Shown here piece after piece: positions 51,535 through 63,245 of a DNA stretch of 64,000 nt. Position 1 is the stretch's first letter; each line of letters begins with the position of its first letter. The translations under genes and the position numbers were made by a program. The DNA lies in assembly GCA_049472315.1 (NCBI GenBank), contig JBLIRN010000004.1:1-64000 (forward strand), given 5' to 3'. The stretch is from a bacterium. GTDB taxonomy: Bacteria; SZUA-182; DTGQ01; JAFGSM01. The notes below the pieces were generated by a model. That model had not been told where the DNA came from and searched no databases. It was given only the letters and a program-made list of their open reading frames with translations.

Positions 51535-53310
51535 ATGAAGGCCCGTTTGGGAGAGATTCTTGTACAAGCAAATATTATTACACAGGAGCAGTTGCTCAAG
51601 GCCCTGGAGGAACAGAAGAGGACCGGAGGCCGCATCGCGAACATCCTGACTAAACTCGGATATCTGAAGGAAGAGGATGCCCTCTTCTACCTCAGCAAAC
51701 AGTTGGGTGTGCCGAGCGTTGATCTGCGCAACTTCGACATCGAACCCGATATCATCGAACTGATCCCTGCCGCGCTCTCCAAGAAATACCGCTTCATCCC
51801 CTTGAACCTCCTGGGAGATACCTTGACCATCGCCATCGTTGATCCCACCGACTATGTGGCCATCGATGACATAAGCTTTTCCACGGGATTCCATATCGAA
51901 ACGGTGGTGACGACGGAATCCCTTTTTGACCAAACATTCGAGCGATCCTATAAAAAGGCGAGACCAGCGAACCTGGATGTCTTTGACTATCGTGAAGAAG
52001 AAGGTGCCGCAATCCGTCATGAAGAGGTACAGGAGCCCCAGGAAGATATCATAGAGGTCGGAGATTTCGACAATATCGTCAAGGGGGCCCTCGACAATGT
52101 GGAGGTGGTGGAAGAGGAGGCATCCCAGGATTCACTCACCGAGGCGGACGCCCCTATTGTGAAACTGGTCAACGGCATACTGCTCAAGGCCGTCAATATC
52201 AAGGCGAGCGATATCCATATCGAGCCCTATGAAAAATCATTCCGGGTCCGCCTTCGTGTGGACGGTGTGCTCAAGAAGGTGATGGGGCTGCCGCCGAAGA
52301 TCAGGAATGCGGTGGTGTCCCGTATAAAGATCATGTCCAAGCTGGATATCGCTGAAAAACGATTGCCCCAGGATGGAAGGATCAAACTGAAACTGGGGAA
52401 AAACGCGGCCATGGACTTCCGTGTATCGGTGCTCCCCACCCTCTTCGGGGAGAAGGTGGTCATGCGGCTCCTGGACAAATCCAATCTCCAGCTCGATATG
52501 ACCAAGCTGGGATTTGAACCCGACGATCTGGAAAAATTCCAGGAGGCCATCAAGAGCCCTTACGGCATGGTCCTGGTGACCGGCCCCACCGGAAGCGGGA
52601 AAACCACCACCCTCTATTCCGCCCTGAACCAGTTGAATGTCGAGGAGACCAACATCATGACCGCCGAAGATCCGGTGGAGTTCAATCTCCAGGGGATCAA
52701 TCAGGTCCATATCCACGAACACATAGGGCTCAACTTTGCCGCTGCACTCCGCTCCTTTTTGCGACAGGACCCCGACGTGGTCATGGTAGGTGAGATACGT
52801 GACCTGGAAACCGCTGAAATAGGCGTCAAGGCGGCCCTCACCGGACACCTTGTGCTGTCGACCCTCCATACCAATGACGCCCCGAGCACCATCATGCGTC
52901 TCTTGAACATGGGGGTCGAATCCTTTCTGGTAAGCTCCGCCGTGGTACTGGTGCTTGCCCAGCGCCTCACCAGAAAGATCTGCAGCGAATGCAAGGAGCA
53001 GATACATGTGCCTCCCGAACTCCTTCGGCGACTGGGTTTCTCGGAGCTCGACATAAACAACGGCATCGAGATCTACAAGGGGAAGGGATGCTCCAAATGC
53101 GGGAACACCGGATATAAGGGAAGGCTCGCCCTTTATGAGGTCATGAAGATGACCGATCCCATCAGGGAACTGATTGTGCGCGGAGGCTCCACCGAGGAAC
53201 TCAGGAACCTCGCCATACAAGAGGGTATGAGGACATTGAGGCAGAGCGGTTTGATGAAGGTTAAAGAGGGGATGACCACCATTGACGAGGTACTCAGTGT
53301 AACCGCATAA
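51535..53310 (+). CDS. pilB: Type IVa pilus extension ATPase
   Basis: MshEN-like RLGEIL N-terminus, ASDIHIEP, RLPQDGR, GPTGSGKTT, LRQDPD, tetracysteine CSEC..CSKC. Confidence 0.97.
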   Translation: MKARLGEILVQANIITQEQLLKALEEQKRTGGRIANILTKLGYLKEEDALFYLSKQLGVPSVDLRNFDIEPDIIELIPAALSKKYRFIPLNLLGDTLTIAIVDPTDYVAIDDISFSTGFHIETVVTTESLFDQTFERSYKKARPANLDVFDYREEEGAAIRHEEVQEPQEDIIEVGDFDNIVKGALDNVEVVEEEASQDSLTEADAPIVKLVNGILLKAVNIKASDIHIEPYEKSFRVRLRVDGVLKKVMGLPPKIRNAVVSRIKIMSKLDIAEKRLPQDGRIKLKLGKNAAMDFRVSVLPTLFGEKVVMRLLDKSNLQLDMTKLGFEPDDLEKFQEAIKSPYGMVLVTGPTGSGKTTTLYSALNQLNVEETNIMTAEDPVEFNLQGINQVHIHEHIGLNFAAALRSFLRQDPDVVMVGEIRDLETAEIGVKAALTGHLVLSTLHTNDAPSTIMRLLNMGVESFLVSSAVVLVLAQRLTRKICSECKEQIHVPPELLRRLGFSELDINNGIEIYKGKGCSKCGNTGYKGRLALYEVMKMTDPIRELIVRGGSTEELRNLAIQEGMRTLRQSGLMKVKEGMTTIDEVLSVTA

Positions 53311-53375
53311 CACCTTGTAATAGAGAAGAAAAAAACATTATTATTCATGGATTGGACAGGTTCGAGGGTATATAG

Positions 53376-54455
53376 ATGACAGAGTTGAACCAGTTACTCC
53401 ACGAGATGCTTCACATGCGGGCATCCGATCTCCACCTCACCAGCGGCATCCCCCCCCAGGTGCGAGTGGACGGGAACATCATCCCCTCCTCCCACCCTCC
53501 CCTGACTAATGAGGCCATCAGGAACATGGTCAACAGCGTACTGAACGAGGATCAAAAAAGGAAACTCGATGCCGAGCTCGAGCTGGATCTCTCGTTCGGA
53601 ATCAATGGGCTGAGCCGCTTCAGGGCGAATATATTCTTCCAGCGCGGCGCCCTGGCAATGGCCGTGAGAAGCATTCCCATCTACATCCCCACGTTCGAGG
53701 AATTGGGTATCCCCTCCATCGTCACCACCTTATGCGAAAAGACCAGGGGCCTTGTCCTGGTGACCGGGCCTACGGGAAGCGGAAAATCAACCACGCTGGC
53801 GGCGATGATCGACTGGATCAATACCCATCACCATAAACATATCATTACCATAGAGGACCCCATCGAGTATCTCCATTCCCACAAGCAGTGCATTGTGAAT
53901 CAGCGGGAATTGCACGCAGACACCCATTCCTTCATGCATGCACTCCGATCAGCGCTCAGGGAGGACCCCGACATCGTGCTCATCGGAGAGATGAGGGACC
54001 TGGAAACCATAGAGGCTGCATTGACCATATCGGAAACCGGGCATCTCACCCTGGCAACCCTTCATACCAATTCATGCGTCCAGTCCATCAACCGGATTAT
54101 CGATGTCTTTCCGCCCCATCAACAGAACCAGATTCGGACCCAGCTCTCCTTTGTCCTGGAAGGAATACTCGCCCAGCAGTTGATTCCCCGGCAGCTCGAA
54201 GACGGGAGGGCCCTGGCCCTGGAGATTCTTATTCCCAACGCCGCGGTGCGGAACCAGGTACGGGAAAACCACATCCACCATATCTACAGCATCATGCAGG
54301 CGGGGCAGGCACGGCACGGAATGCAGACCATGAATCAGGCGCTGTTTGACCTGTACCAAAAGGGCATCATATCCAAGGAAAATGCCCTTGGCCATTCAAC
54401 CTATCCGGAAGAGATGGCAAATATGATTCAAAACACGCTTGTGCGAATGATCTAA
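53376..54455 (+). CDS. pilT: Type IVa pilus retraction ATPase
   Basis: ASDLHL, RFRAN, GPTGSGKSTT, LREDPD, GEMRD, TGHL..ATLHT, AVRNQVRE. Confidence 0.97.
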   Translation: MTELNQLLHEMLHMRASDLHLTSGIPPQVRVDGNIIPSSHPPLTNEAIRNMVNSVLNEDQKRKLDAELELDLSFGINGLSRFRANIFFQRGALAMAVRSIPIYIPTFEELGIPSIVTTLCEKTRGLVLVTGPTGSGKSTTLAAMIDWINTHHHKHIITIEDPIEYLHSHKQCIVNQRELHADTHSFMHALRSALREDPDIVLIGEMRDLETIEAALTISETGHLTLATLHTNSCVQSINRIIDVFPPHQQNQIRTQLSFVLEGILAQQLIPRQLEDGRALALEILIPNAAVRNQVRENHIHHIYSIMQAGQARHGMQTMNQALFDLYQKGIISKENALGHSTYPEEMANMIQNTLVRMI

Positions 54456-54480
54456 ATAATATATTAGAGAGGAAAGGGTT

Positions 54481-55692
54481 ATGCCGGTATTCAAATATAA
54501 GGGCAGGACGCTGCAAGGCAAAGAGGTAGAAGGCGAGATAACGGGTGACAGCAAAGAACTGGTAATGGCCGAATTGAGGCGTCAGGCCGTCATTCCCACC
54601 CAGGTGAAAAAGAAACCCACGGAGATCACCATCTCCATTCCCGGGTTCGGGGCAAAGATAAAGGAAAAGGACCGAATCGTATTCACCCGCCAGTTCGCCA
54701 CTATGATCGATGCCGGGCTTCCCCTCGTCCAGAGTCTCGACATCCTCGCCCAGCAGACGGAAAACCCGGAACTGGCCAAGACCATCAAGGATATCAAGAT
54801 GACCGTGGAAGGCGGGAGCACCTTCGCCGACGCACTTCGCAAATACCCGAAGGTGTTTGATCAATTGTATGTGAACATGGTGGAGGCTGGAGAGGCAGGC
54901 GGTATCCTGGATACCATTCTGGAGAGGCTCTCCGGATACATGGAACGGGCCCTGGCCCTCAAGCGGAAGGTCAAGACCGCCATGACCTACCCGATCGTCA
55001 TCCTTGTGGTGGCCGTCGTGGTGGTCGCCGGGCTCCTCATCTTCGTCATCCCCCAGTTCGCTGACCTTTTCACCAGTTTCGGGGGAACGCTTCCGCTGCC
55101 CACCCGTATCGTCATCGCGCTGAGTGATTTCCTGGGCGGATGGGGAGGATTGATTATCCTGATAACCGTTATTACCGTCTTCATCACCGTCAAGCGAGTC
55201 AACAGGACGGCAAAGGGAAAGCTCTTTTTCGATAAGGTACTTTTGAAGTCACCGGTATTCGGCAATCTTCTTCAAAAGGTTTCGATCGCCAAATTCACCA
55301 GAACCCTGGGCACCCTGATCAGCAGCGGCGTTCCCCTCCTCGATGGTATGGAGATCACGGCACGAACGGCTGGGAACAAGGTGATCGAACATGCCATCAT
55401 GTCCAGCCGGGTCTCCATCAGCGAAGGGAAAACCATTGCGGAGCCGCTGGGCGAGACCAAGGTGTTCCCCCCCATGGTGGTGCAGATGATATCCATCGGC
55501 GAAAGCACGGGTGCACTGGATACCATGCTGGGGAAGATCGCGGATTTCTACGACGAGGAGGTGAACACCGCGGTGGAGGCGCTCACCTCCATGCTGGAGC
55601 CTCTGTTGATGATCTTCCTGGGTGGATCGGTCGGATTTATATTGATTGCCATGTACATGCCGATATTCGGCCTGGCGAATCTCATCGGATAG
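54481..55692 (+). CDS. pilC: Type IV pilus platform protein
   Basis: FTRQFATMIDAGLPL, AGEAGGILD, AMTYP, GESTGALD, LEP. Confidence 0.97.
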   Translation: MPVFKYKGRTLQGKEVEGEITGDSKELVMAELRRQAVIPTQVKKKPTEITISIPGFGAKIKEKDRIVFTRQFATMIDAGLPLVQSLDILAQQTENPELAKTIKDIKMTVEGGSTFADALRKYPKVFDQLYVNMVEAGEAGGILDTILERLSGYMERALALKRKVKTAMTYPIVILVVAVVVVAGLLIFVIPQFADLFTSFGGTLPLPTRIVIALSDFLGGWGGLIILITVITVFITVKRVNRTAKGKLFFDKVLLKSPVFGNLLQKVSIAKFTRTLGTLISSGVPLLDGMEITARTAGNKVIEHAIMSSRVSISEGKTIAEPLGETKVFPPMVVQMISIGESTGALDTMLGKIADFYDEEVNTAVEALTSMLEPLLMIFLGGSVGFILIAMYMPIFGLANLIG

Positions 55693-55736
55693 TGCCGGAC
55701 ACCCTCCGGAACAGCAGGAGCTCATGCGAGGGACGT

Positions 55737-57410
55737 ATGGACACGACGGTACAGGTTGAGGAACAGCAGGGAAACGCATACCTGCGCCGCAAGATACTAT
55801 GGCTGATGATCCTGCGGGTGATCATCCTCACCATCCTCCTGGGTTCCATCAGCATTGTCCAGATCCGGCACGCGCGATCGGGCCTTAATCCCTACTACCT
55901 CCTCATTGCCCTCACCTACCTCCTCACCATCCTCTACGCGGTGCTCTTTTATTCAATGAGCAATCTCGTCGTGCTCGCCTATATTCAACTGGTTGCAGAC
56001 GTACTCATAGAGTCGTGCCTGATCTACCTCACCGGAGGCATTGAGAGCCCCTTTTCCTTCATGTTCATCATCACCATCATCACCACAAGCATCGTCCTGT
56101 CACGCAGGGGAAGCCTCATCATCGCCTCAATGAGCAGCATCCTCTATGGAGTGCTCCTCGATCTCCAATACTTCGGCATCCTCACCCTGCCTTCCAGGGG
56201 GACCCTGGCGGCCGGACTCCTGAGCAGTCGCTACGTCTTCTATACCATCTTCGTCAACATATGCGGCTTCTATCTCATTGCCTTCCTCAGCGGCTATCTG
56301 GCCGAATCAACCAGAAAGATCGACCAGGAGCTCACCGCCAGCAAGGAAGATCTCATGGAATTGAAGGCCTTTAACGAGGATGTGCTCAAAAACATCCGTT
56401 CAGGCCTCGTCATTACCGATATCAACGGAAAGATCACCCTCGCCAACAAGGCAGCCATGGAGATCCTGGGCATCAACGAAATCAACGAAGAATTCCTTTA
56501 CTGGAACGAGCTCTTTTTGCCGATCGATTTTCCCAAAATCCTTGCCCTGATCGAGGAGGAACAAACCATCTCCTATAATGAATTTGTCAATTGCGGGGAA
56601 CGCGGGCCCTGCTTTATCGGGCTGAATCTGGCACCCATTCAGGATGCGCAGGGCAATACCAAGGGAACGATCACCAGTTTTCAGGACCTCACCGAATTCA
56701 AAAGGATGGAGGATCAGATAAAACAGGCCGACATCCTGGCGACCATCGGGGGAATGGGGGCAGGCATGGCCCACGAACTGCGCAACCCCCTCGCCTCAAT
56801 CAAGGGTTCCATCCAGCTCCTTGCCGAGGGACTCACCCTGGATGAGGAGCAAACAACCCTGATGAATATTGTGATCAGGGAGTCAACACACCTGAACAAC
56901 GTCATCAATGATTTTCTCACCTATGCCCGGCCACGGCCACTTAGACTGGAGTCCTGCGATATCAATTCCCTGGTCGATGACACCCTGACCATGCTGAAAA
57001 ACGGTGAGGATTTCAATCACACCATCTCCATCGTCACCGATCTGGAAGAGGAGCATACGATCCTGAACCTCGATGCCAACCAGATGAAACAGGTATTCTG
57101 GAATCTTGCAATAAACGCCTGTCAGGCCATGCCTGAAGGGGGCACCCTTTCGGTGAAAGGCCGTACCAGAGACAATAAACACAAATCATACAAGGTCATA
57201 GAATTCCAGGATACGGGGGTGGGGATTACCAGGGAACACCTTCCGAGGGTGTTTCACCCCTTCTACACCACAAAGGAACGGGGAACAGGGCTGGGGCTCT
57301 GCACCGCCTATCGGGTGATTGAGGCACATGGAGGCAAAATCGAGGTGGAGAGCCAACCGGGACAGGGGAGCCTCTTTCGGATCTATCTTTCCCTGCTCTC
57401 CAGCCCGTAG
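55737..57410 (+). CDS. pilS: PilS-type sensor histidine kinase (multi-TM, PAS)
   Basis: TGGIESPF TM region, AHELRNPL, QVFWNLAINA, PFYTTKERGTGLGL; position after pilC. Confidence 0.9.
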   Translation: MDTTVQVEEQQGNAYLRRKILWLMILRVIILTILLGSISIVQIRHARSGLNPYYLLIALTYLLTILYAVLFYSMSNLVVLAYIQLVADVLIESCLIYLTGGIESPFSFMFIITIITTSIVLSRRGSLIIASMSSILYGVLLDLQYFGILTLPSRGTLAAGLLSSRYVFYTIFVNICGFYLIAFLSGYLAESTRKIDQELTASKEDLMELKAFNEDVLKNIRSGLVITDINGKITLANKAAMEILGINEINEEFLYWNELFLPIDFPKILALIEEEQTISYNEFVNCGERGPCFIGLNLAPIQDAQGNTKGTITSFQDLTEFKRMEDQIKQADILATIGGMGAGMAHELRNPLASIKGSIQLLAEGLTLDEEQTTLMNIVIRESTHLNNVINDFLTYARPRPLRLESCDINSLVDDTLTMLKNGEDFNHTISIVTDLEEEHTILNLDANQMKQVFWNLAINACQAMPEGGTLSVKGRTRDNKHKSYKVIEFQDTGVGITREHLPRVFHPFYTTKERGTGLGLCTAYRVIEAHGGKIEVESQPGQGSLFRIYLSLLSSP

Positions 57411-57492
57411 GGATTTTGATCGAGGGGAGAATATGTGGCATAGTATACAGTATGATATGAGTGCCTGACGAACAGGGTGAGGGAAAACCACA

Positions 57493-58878
57493 GTGAACTC
57501 CATACTGATCATAGACGACGAACGGAGCATGTGCGAGTTTCTCGCCATTATGCTCAAACGTGAAGGGTACCGGGTCAAGTTCGCAAACACCCCCAAGGAG
57601 GGGATCACCCTTGCCCAGAATGAGGCCTTTGATCTAGCCGTCATCGATATTCGGATGCCGGGTATGGACGGATTAAGTGTATTGAGGGAGATCAGGAAGA
57701 TCAGCCCGGAGACCCTTGCGATCATGATCACCGCCTACGCATCCACCAAGACCGCTGTGCAGGCAATCAAGGAGGGGGCCTACGACTACCTGACCAAGCC
57801 TTTCAAGAATAACGAGGAGATAAAGCTGGTGATCCACAATGCCCTGGAGAAGAAGCGCCTTCAGGAGGAAAATGTCATCCTCAGGCGGGAGCTTTCCACG
57901 AAATACAAGCTGGGAAACATCCTGGGCAAGAGCAGCCAGATGCGGGAGATATTCGCCCTCATCCAGAAGATTGCCAACAGCCGGAGTACGGTGTTGATAA
58001 CGGGTGAAAGCGGCACAGGCAAAGAGCTGGTGGCGCGGGCCATTCACTTCCACAGCGCCCAACGGAACGAGTCCTTTGTAAGCGTCAATTGCGGCGGTAT
58101 GCCTGAAGGGCTCCTGGAGAGCGAACTTTTCGGTCATGTGAAGGGATCGTTTACCGGGGCGATCCACAATAAGAAGGGGCTCTTTGAAGCCGCGCACAAG
58201 GGCACCATATTCCTGGACGAGATCGCCTCCACCCCCCTTTCCCTGCAGGTCAAGCTCCTGAGGGTACTCCAGGATCAGGAGATCCGCAGGGTTGGGGCAA
58301 CCGAGGGTATCACCGTTGATGTGCGCATCATTGCAGCGACCAATAAGGATTTGCAGGAGGCGGTCCAGGAAGGAACCTTCCGGGAGGACCTCTACTACCG
58401 TCTCAACGTGATCCCTGTGTGCCTTCCGCCTCTGAGGGAGAGGATCGGGGATATCCCTCTCCTCGTGGCCCATTTCCTGGACATCTACGCGAAAAAAAAT
58501 GGATTTCTCGATATGGATACCTCGCCTTCATCCGAGATCATCCGCATACTCTCCAATTACCACTGGCCCGGTAATGTGCGTGAGTTGGAAAACGTCATCG
58601 AAAGGGCCGTTGCCCTCGGCAACGGAAAATCGCTCCGGCCCGAAGACTTGCCGGACAATGTCCTCTATCCCATCCATCCCCCCTATCAATCATCGAGCTT
58701 CGACATGGAAAAGGGGATCGACCTGGAAAAGGCGGTCACCGAAATGGAGACGCGGCTCATTTCACAAGCGCTCAAGAAGACCCAGGGGAACAAGAGCAAG
58801 GCGGCGGAGTTGCTCAATTTAAGCTTTCGTTCATTTCGGTACCGGCTCCAGAAATATGGAGACATCCTGGAACAATAA
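57493..58878 (+). CDS. pilR: PilR/NtrC-type sigma54 response regulator
   Basis: REC domain, GESGTGKE, ESELFGH..GSFTGA, WPGNVREL, Fis HTH ending FRSFRYRL. Confidence 0.92.
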   Translation: MNSILIIDDERSMCEFLAIMLKREGYRVKFANTPKEGITLAQNEAFDLAVIDIRMPGMDGLSVLREIRKISPETLAIMITAYASTKTAVQAIKEGAYDYLTKPFKNNEEIKLVIHNALEKKRLQEENVILRRELSTKYKLGNILGKSSQMREIFALIQKIANSRSTVLITGESGTGKELVARAIHFHSAQRNESFVSVNCGGMPEGLLESELFGHVKGSFTGAIHNKKGLFEAAHKGTIFLDEIASTPLSLQVKLLRVLQDQEIRRVGATEGITVDVRIIAATNKDLQEAVQEGTFREDLYYRLNVIPVCLPPLRERIGDIPLLVAHFLDIYAKKNGFLDMDTSPSSEIIRILSNYHWPGNVRELENVIERAVALGNGKSLRPEDLPDNVLYPIHPPYQSSSFDMEKGIDLEKAVTEMETRLISQALKKTQGNKSKAAELLNLSFRSFRYRLQKYGDILEQ

Positions 58879-58909
58879 GGAACGCGAGGGACTCACAGAA
58901 TCGAGGGCA

Positions 58910-60313
58910 CTACCTCTCCGAGGCACTCATCTCGGCCACCAGAACCCGGGTTACATCTTCCTGTCCCTGCAGCAGCGGATTCAGATCGGCCATAACCGCT
59001 CGAAACTGGGGCAGCATATTTTTCTTTAACGGCTTCCCCGATGGATACTGCTCATTCAACGGATTGATGAACCGGGTACCCTTTTTGACACGATAATCCA
59101 GATGAGGGCCGGTGGAGAGACCGGTGGTTCCCACATACCCGATCACCTGTTTCTGGGTCACCCGAACCCCCTTTTTCAATCCCCGAGCAAAACCGGACAG
59201 GTGATTGTAGTAGGTGACATATGCGTTCATGTGTCTTAGTTTTACCTGATTCCCGTTATACCTATCATACGAGGTGGAAAGGACCACCCCATCGGCCACC
59301 GCCCACACAGGGGAACCGTACGGGGCGGCGAAATCGATCCCCAGGTGCGGCCGCACGCTTCCCAGAATGGGATGCCTGCGGTGATGGCTGTATCCAGAGC
59401 TTATGTACTTGTAACTCAATGGGGCCCTCAGAAATGCCCGCCGCAGGGATACGCCCTCCGCATCATAGTAGTCTCCACTACCTTCGTCCTTGAAGTAGAA
59501 CCCCCTCAATGTCCCTGTAACCTCTCCTTCATACAGTATTGCCAGGACCCTGCCGTACCCTATCGGCTCGTCACCCCTGAAATAGCGCTCGAAAACCATC
59601 CTGAAACGGTCCCCCTCCCTCACCTCGTGTTGAAAATCGATCTTCCACTCGAGGATCTCCGCAAACTGCAGCGCCAGGGATACGGGATACCCGGCGTCCT
59701 GCATGGTAGTAAAGAGGGAGCCCTTGATGGAGCCGGAAATGCTTACCCAATACTTCGCAATCTTTATGTCCTCCCGCCACGCGTTCCATTTGTCCCCTTG
59801 ATCCCTGCTCAGGCAGTAGATCTCCAGCGGGCTTTTCTGATACTCGAACCGCTCGACCTCACCCTCCTCGGTAAGGCTTAACCGGTAGATATCGCCGGGC
59901 CTGCTCTGGGAGCGAAAACGTAACAGGGGATTGAGCTTGCTGGTGATGAGGTGAATCGTTCGATCGGCTATGCCTTCCCGGTGCAGGCACTGGTAGATGC
60001 TCTCTCCATCCTTGATGGTACCGTCCCGGTAAAGCAGAGAATAGGATGGAGGGGGCGGAGGACCCTCAATAACGATACACGAGGGCTCCGCAGGGGATGC
60101 ATGTGGCATCAGGGAGGCATTTGCGTCAGGATATCCCATTGTGGTATCCGCTGTGGGAAGGGTTTGCCGGGCCCGTGTCAATGTGGACACGAGATATCCG
60201 CACAGCAGTATGCAGGGCACTGCCAGAATCACAACGGCAATGACGGAGAGTCTCACTGTGTGTCTTCGATGTCTCTGTCTCTTGAGATGTTCCGATGAAT
60301 GGTAGAGCGGCAT
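58910..60313 (-). CDS. M23 family peptidoglycan endopeptidase (MepM-like)
   Basis: N-terminal TM; HLGID (HxxxD), YNHL, GLSTGPHLD (HxH), INP. Confidence 0.92.
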   Translation of the reverse strand: MPLYHSSEHLKRQRHRRHTVRLSVIAVVILAVPCILLCGYLVSTLTRARQTLPTADTTMGYPDANASLMPHASPAEPSCIVIEGPPPPPSYSLLYRDGTIKDGESIYQCLHREGIADRTIHLITSKLNPLLRFRSQSRPGDIYRLSLTEEGEVERFEYQKSPLEIYCLSRDQGDKWNAWREDIKIAKYWVSISGSIKGSLFTTMQDAGYPVSLALQFAEILEWKIDFQHEVREGDRFRMVFERYFRGDEPIGYGRVLAILYEGEVTGTLRGFYFKDEGSGDYYDAEGVSLRRAFLRAPLSYKYISSGYSHHRRHPILGSVRPHLGIDFAAPYGSPVWAVADGVVLSTSYDRYNGNQVKLRHMNAYVTYYNHLSGFARGLKKGVRVTQKQVIGYVGTTGLSTGPHLDYRVKKGTRFINPLNEQYPSGKPLKKNMLPQFRAVMADLNPLLQGQEDVTRVLVAEMSASER

Positions 60314-60322
60314 GAATGGCCT

Positions 60323-61768
60323 CTATTGCCTTTGTTCGAGTTTTGTGACCAGGATTTCATTCACCAGCTTGGGATTGGCCTTTCCCTTGGTCGCCCTCAT
60401 CACTTGTCCCACCAGGAATCCCACCGCCTCCTTCCTCCCCTTCCTGTAATCCGCGACCGTTTCCGGATGAGCGGCGAGCACCTCATCGATCGTTTCCTCA
60501 AGACGCGAGGTATCGGTTATCTGAATGAGGTCCTCCTCCCGTACGATACTGGAGGCATCCTTTCCCGTTCGATACATTGAGGCGAACACCCTCTTGGCGA
60601 TCTTTCCGCTGATCACCCCGTCATCGATCATCTTCAGCATATCGGCCAGGCCCTTCGGACTGACCGGCGAGGAGGTGATGTCACGATTGTCACGATTCAA
60701 CTCCCTCATCAGCTCCACCATGATCCAGTTGCTCACCGCCTTGGGCCCAGGATAAAGGGCGCAACACGCCTCAAAATAGTCGGCGAGTTCAGTGGAAACG
60801 GTCAGTACCTGGGCGTCATAGGGTGGTATTTCGTATTCCCTGATCAGGCGATTCCTCTTTACCTCGGGCAATTCCGGCAGTGTCCGGTCAATACGATCTA
60901 TCAATTCCTCGTCGATTGCCAGGGGCGGGAGGTCCGGTTCAGGAAAATAGCGGTAGTCATGGGCCTCCTCCTTGCTCCTCATGGGGATGCTGATCCCCCT
61001 GTCCGCGTCCCACAGCCGTGTTTCCTGCACCACCCGCTCTCCACCATCAAGAAGCATGATCTGGCGTTCGATCTCATATTCCAGCGCCCGCTGTACATTC
61101 CGGAAGGAATTCATATTCTTTATCTCCGTCTTCACGCCGAACGATTCCTGCCCGATGGGTCGCACGGATACATTGGCGTCGCACCGCAGGCTCCCTTCTT
61201 CCATGTTCCCGTCGCATACCTTCAAGTATTGAAGGATTGCCTTCAGATTTTGAAGAAAGAGCCTTGCCTCCTCGGGTGATCGGATTTCGGGTTCGGTCAC
61301 GATCTCCATGAGGGGTACCCCGGTGCGGTTAAAATCCACAAAACTTGCATTCCTGTCCGGACCCTCGCCGTGGATGAGCTTTCCCGCATCCTCCTCCAGA
61401 TGTATGCGGGTGAGCCCGATGCGTTTCTTACCCCCCTCTTCCAGGTCCACCTCCACATATCCTCCTTCCGACAGGGGGAGCTCATATTGGGAAATCTGAT
61501 ACGCCTTGGGCAGATCGGGATAGAAGTAATTCTTGCGTGCAAAGCGGCTCGTATGCGGGATGCGCCCATGGACTGCCAGCGCGGTCTTCAGGGCAAACTC
61601 GACCGCCTGGCGGTTCAGCACCGGGAGGACACCCGGAAATCCCATGCACACCGGGCAGGTTTGGGTATTGGGAGGCTCTCCGAATCTCGTGCCGCAGCCG
61701 CAGAAGATCTTTGACCGGGTGAGAAGCTGGGCATGGATCTCAAGGCCTATAACGCTCTCATACCCCAT
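60323..61768 (-). CDS. gatB: Asp/Glu-tRNA amidotransferase subunit B
   Basis: [42 protein letters not shown]. Confidence 0.99.
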   Translation of the reverse strand: MGYESVIGLEIHAQLLTRSKIFCGCGTRFGEPPNTQTCPVCMGFPGVLPVLNRQAVEFALKTALAVHGRIPHTSRFARKNYFYPDLPKAYQISQYELPLSEGGYVEVDLEEGGKKRIGLTRIHLEEDAGKLIHGEGPDRNASFVDFNRTGVPLMEIVTEPEIRSPEEARLFLQNLKAILQYLKVCDGNMEEGSLRCDANVSVRPIGQESFGVKTEIKNMNSFRNVQRALEYEIERQIMLLDGGERVVQETRLWDADRGISIPMRSKEEAHDYRYFPEPDLPPLAIDEELIDRIDRTLPELPEVKRNRLIREYEIPPYDAQVLTVSTELADYFEACCALYPGPKAVSNWIMVELMRELNRDNRDITSSPVSPKGLADMLKMIDDGVISGKIAKRVFASMYRTGKDASSIVREEDLIQITDTSRLEETIDEVLAAHPETVADYRKGRKEAVGFLVGQVMRATKGKANPKLVNEILVTKLEQRQ

Positions 61769-63245
61769 GCGTACCTTTCTCCCAGAAACGCTGCGGTTTT
61801 GTTACCTGCAATGCCTGCTCCAGGGCGAAGGCAACCCTCAGGACCGTCCCCTCCTCGAAGGGTCTGCCCAGGATCTGTATCCCTATGGGAAGCCCCTCCT
61901 CGGTAAACCCGCAGGGCAAGGAGATGGCCGGAATGCCTGCCAGATTTGCGGAGATGGTAAAGATGTCGTTGAGATACATCTGCAGAGGATCGGTGATGTT
62001 CTCTCCGAGCCGAAAGGCAGGGGTCGGTGTGGTGGGGGTGACCAGCACGTCATGGTTCTGCAATGCCGCGTCAAAATCCTTCTTGATGAGGGTGCGCACC
62101 TTGAGGGCCTTCAGGTAATAGGCATCGTAGTATCCCGTGCTGAGGGCATAGGTCCCAAGCATGATCCTCCGCTTGACCTCCCCGCCGAACCCCTTGTCAC
62201 GTGTCATTCGGTACATCTGCCTCAGGTCGGTGTGACCCTGGTCCCTGAAGCCGTACTTCACCCCGTCGTAGCGTGCAAGGTTGGAACTCGCCTCCGCCGT
62301 CGCAATAAGATAGTAGGCGGCGATCGCATAATCGGTGTGGGGCAGGGAGACATCCTCCACTGCCGCCCCGAGGCCGGCCAGGGTATCAATGGCTCGGTTG
62401 ACGTGAAGGGACACCCCCCGATCAAGCCCGCCGATGAAGTATTCCTTCGGCCTTCCCACCCGTATTCCCGCAATATCATTCCCCAGGGCATCCCCGTATC
62501 GCGGAACGGGGATCGCCGCAGAGGTGCTGTCGCGGTGATCCCTTCCACTTATTACGGAAAGGAGCAAGGCACAATCGGTGACGTCCCTTGCAATGGGACC
62601 GACCTGATCCAATGACGAGGCGAAGGCAACCAGACCGAAACGTGACACCCTGCCATAGGTCGGCTTGAGGCCCACCACACCGCAGAAGGCAGCGGGCTGG
62701 CGTATCGATCCCCCGGTATCCGAGCCCAGGGCTGCAGAGGCCATATCCGATGCCACCACGGCAGCAGAACCCCCTGACGACCCGCCAGGCACCCGCTCCG
62801 ATGACCAGGGATTGATGGTGGGGCCGAAGCAGGATGTCTCCGTGGAGGAGCCCATGGCAAACTCATCCAGATTGGTCTTCCCCAGGATGATTGCACCCTC
62901 TTGCCGGAGCTTCTCCACAACATGGGCATCAAATGGTGGGATAAAGGATTTCAGGATGCCGGATGAACAGGTGGTGGAAAGCCCCGTGGTACAGATATTG
63001 TCCTTTATCGCTATGGGGATGCCTGCCAAGGCATTGGAAACGGAATGATTTCGATGATGGCGATCAATCTCTTCCGCCCTTGCCAGGGCTTGATCTGCAG
63101 CAAGGGATAGATACCCGTTGATGAGGGGATTGATGTATTCGATTCGTTCCAGGTACAAACGCACCAATTCCTTGGCGCTCAATCTTTTTTCCTTAAGCAG
63201 TGCAATCTGCCTATGGATAGGTTGGGCACAGATCGCTTCGGTCAT
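61758..63245 (-). CDS. gatA: Asp/Glu-tRNA amidotransferase subunit A
   Basis: [48 protein letters not shown]. Confidence 0.99.
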   Translation of the reverse strand: MTEAICAQPIHRQIALLKEKRLSAKELVRLYLERIEYINPLINGYLSLAADQALARAEEIDRHHRNHSVSNALAGIPIAIKDNICTTGLSTTCSSGILKSFIPPFDAHVVEKLRQEGAIILGKTNLDEFAMGSSTETSCFGPTINPWSSERVPGGSSGGSAAVVASDMASAALGSDTGGSIRQPAAFCGVVGLKPTYGRVSRFGLVAFASSLDQVGPIARDVTDCALLLSVISGRDHRDSTSAAIPVPRYGDALGNDIAGIRVGRPKEYFIGGLDRGVSLHVNRAIDTLAGLGAAVEDVSLPHTDYAIAAYYLIATAEASSNLARYDGVKYGFRDQGHTDLRQMYRMTRDKGFGGEVKRRIMLGTYALSTGYYDAYYLKALKVRTLIKKDFDAALQNHDVLVTPTTPTPAFRLGENITDPLQMYLNDIFTISANLAGIPAISLPCGFTEEGLPIGIQILGRPFEEGTVLRVAFALEQALQVTKPQRFWEKGTHGV

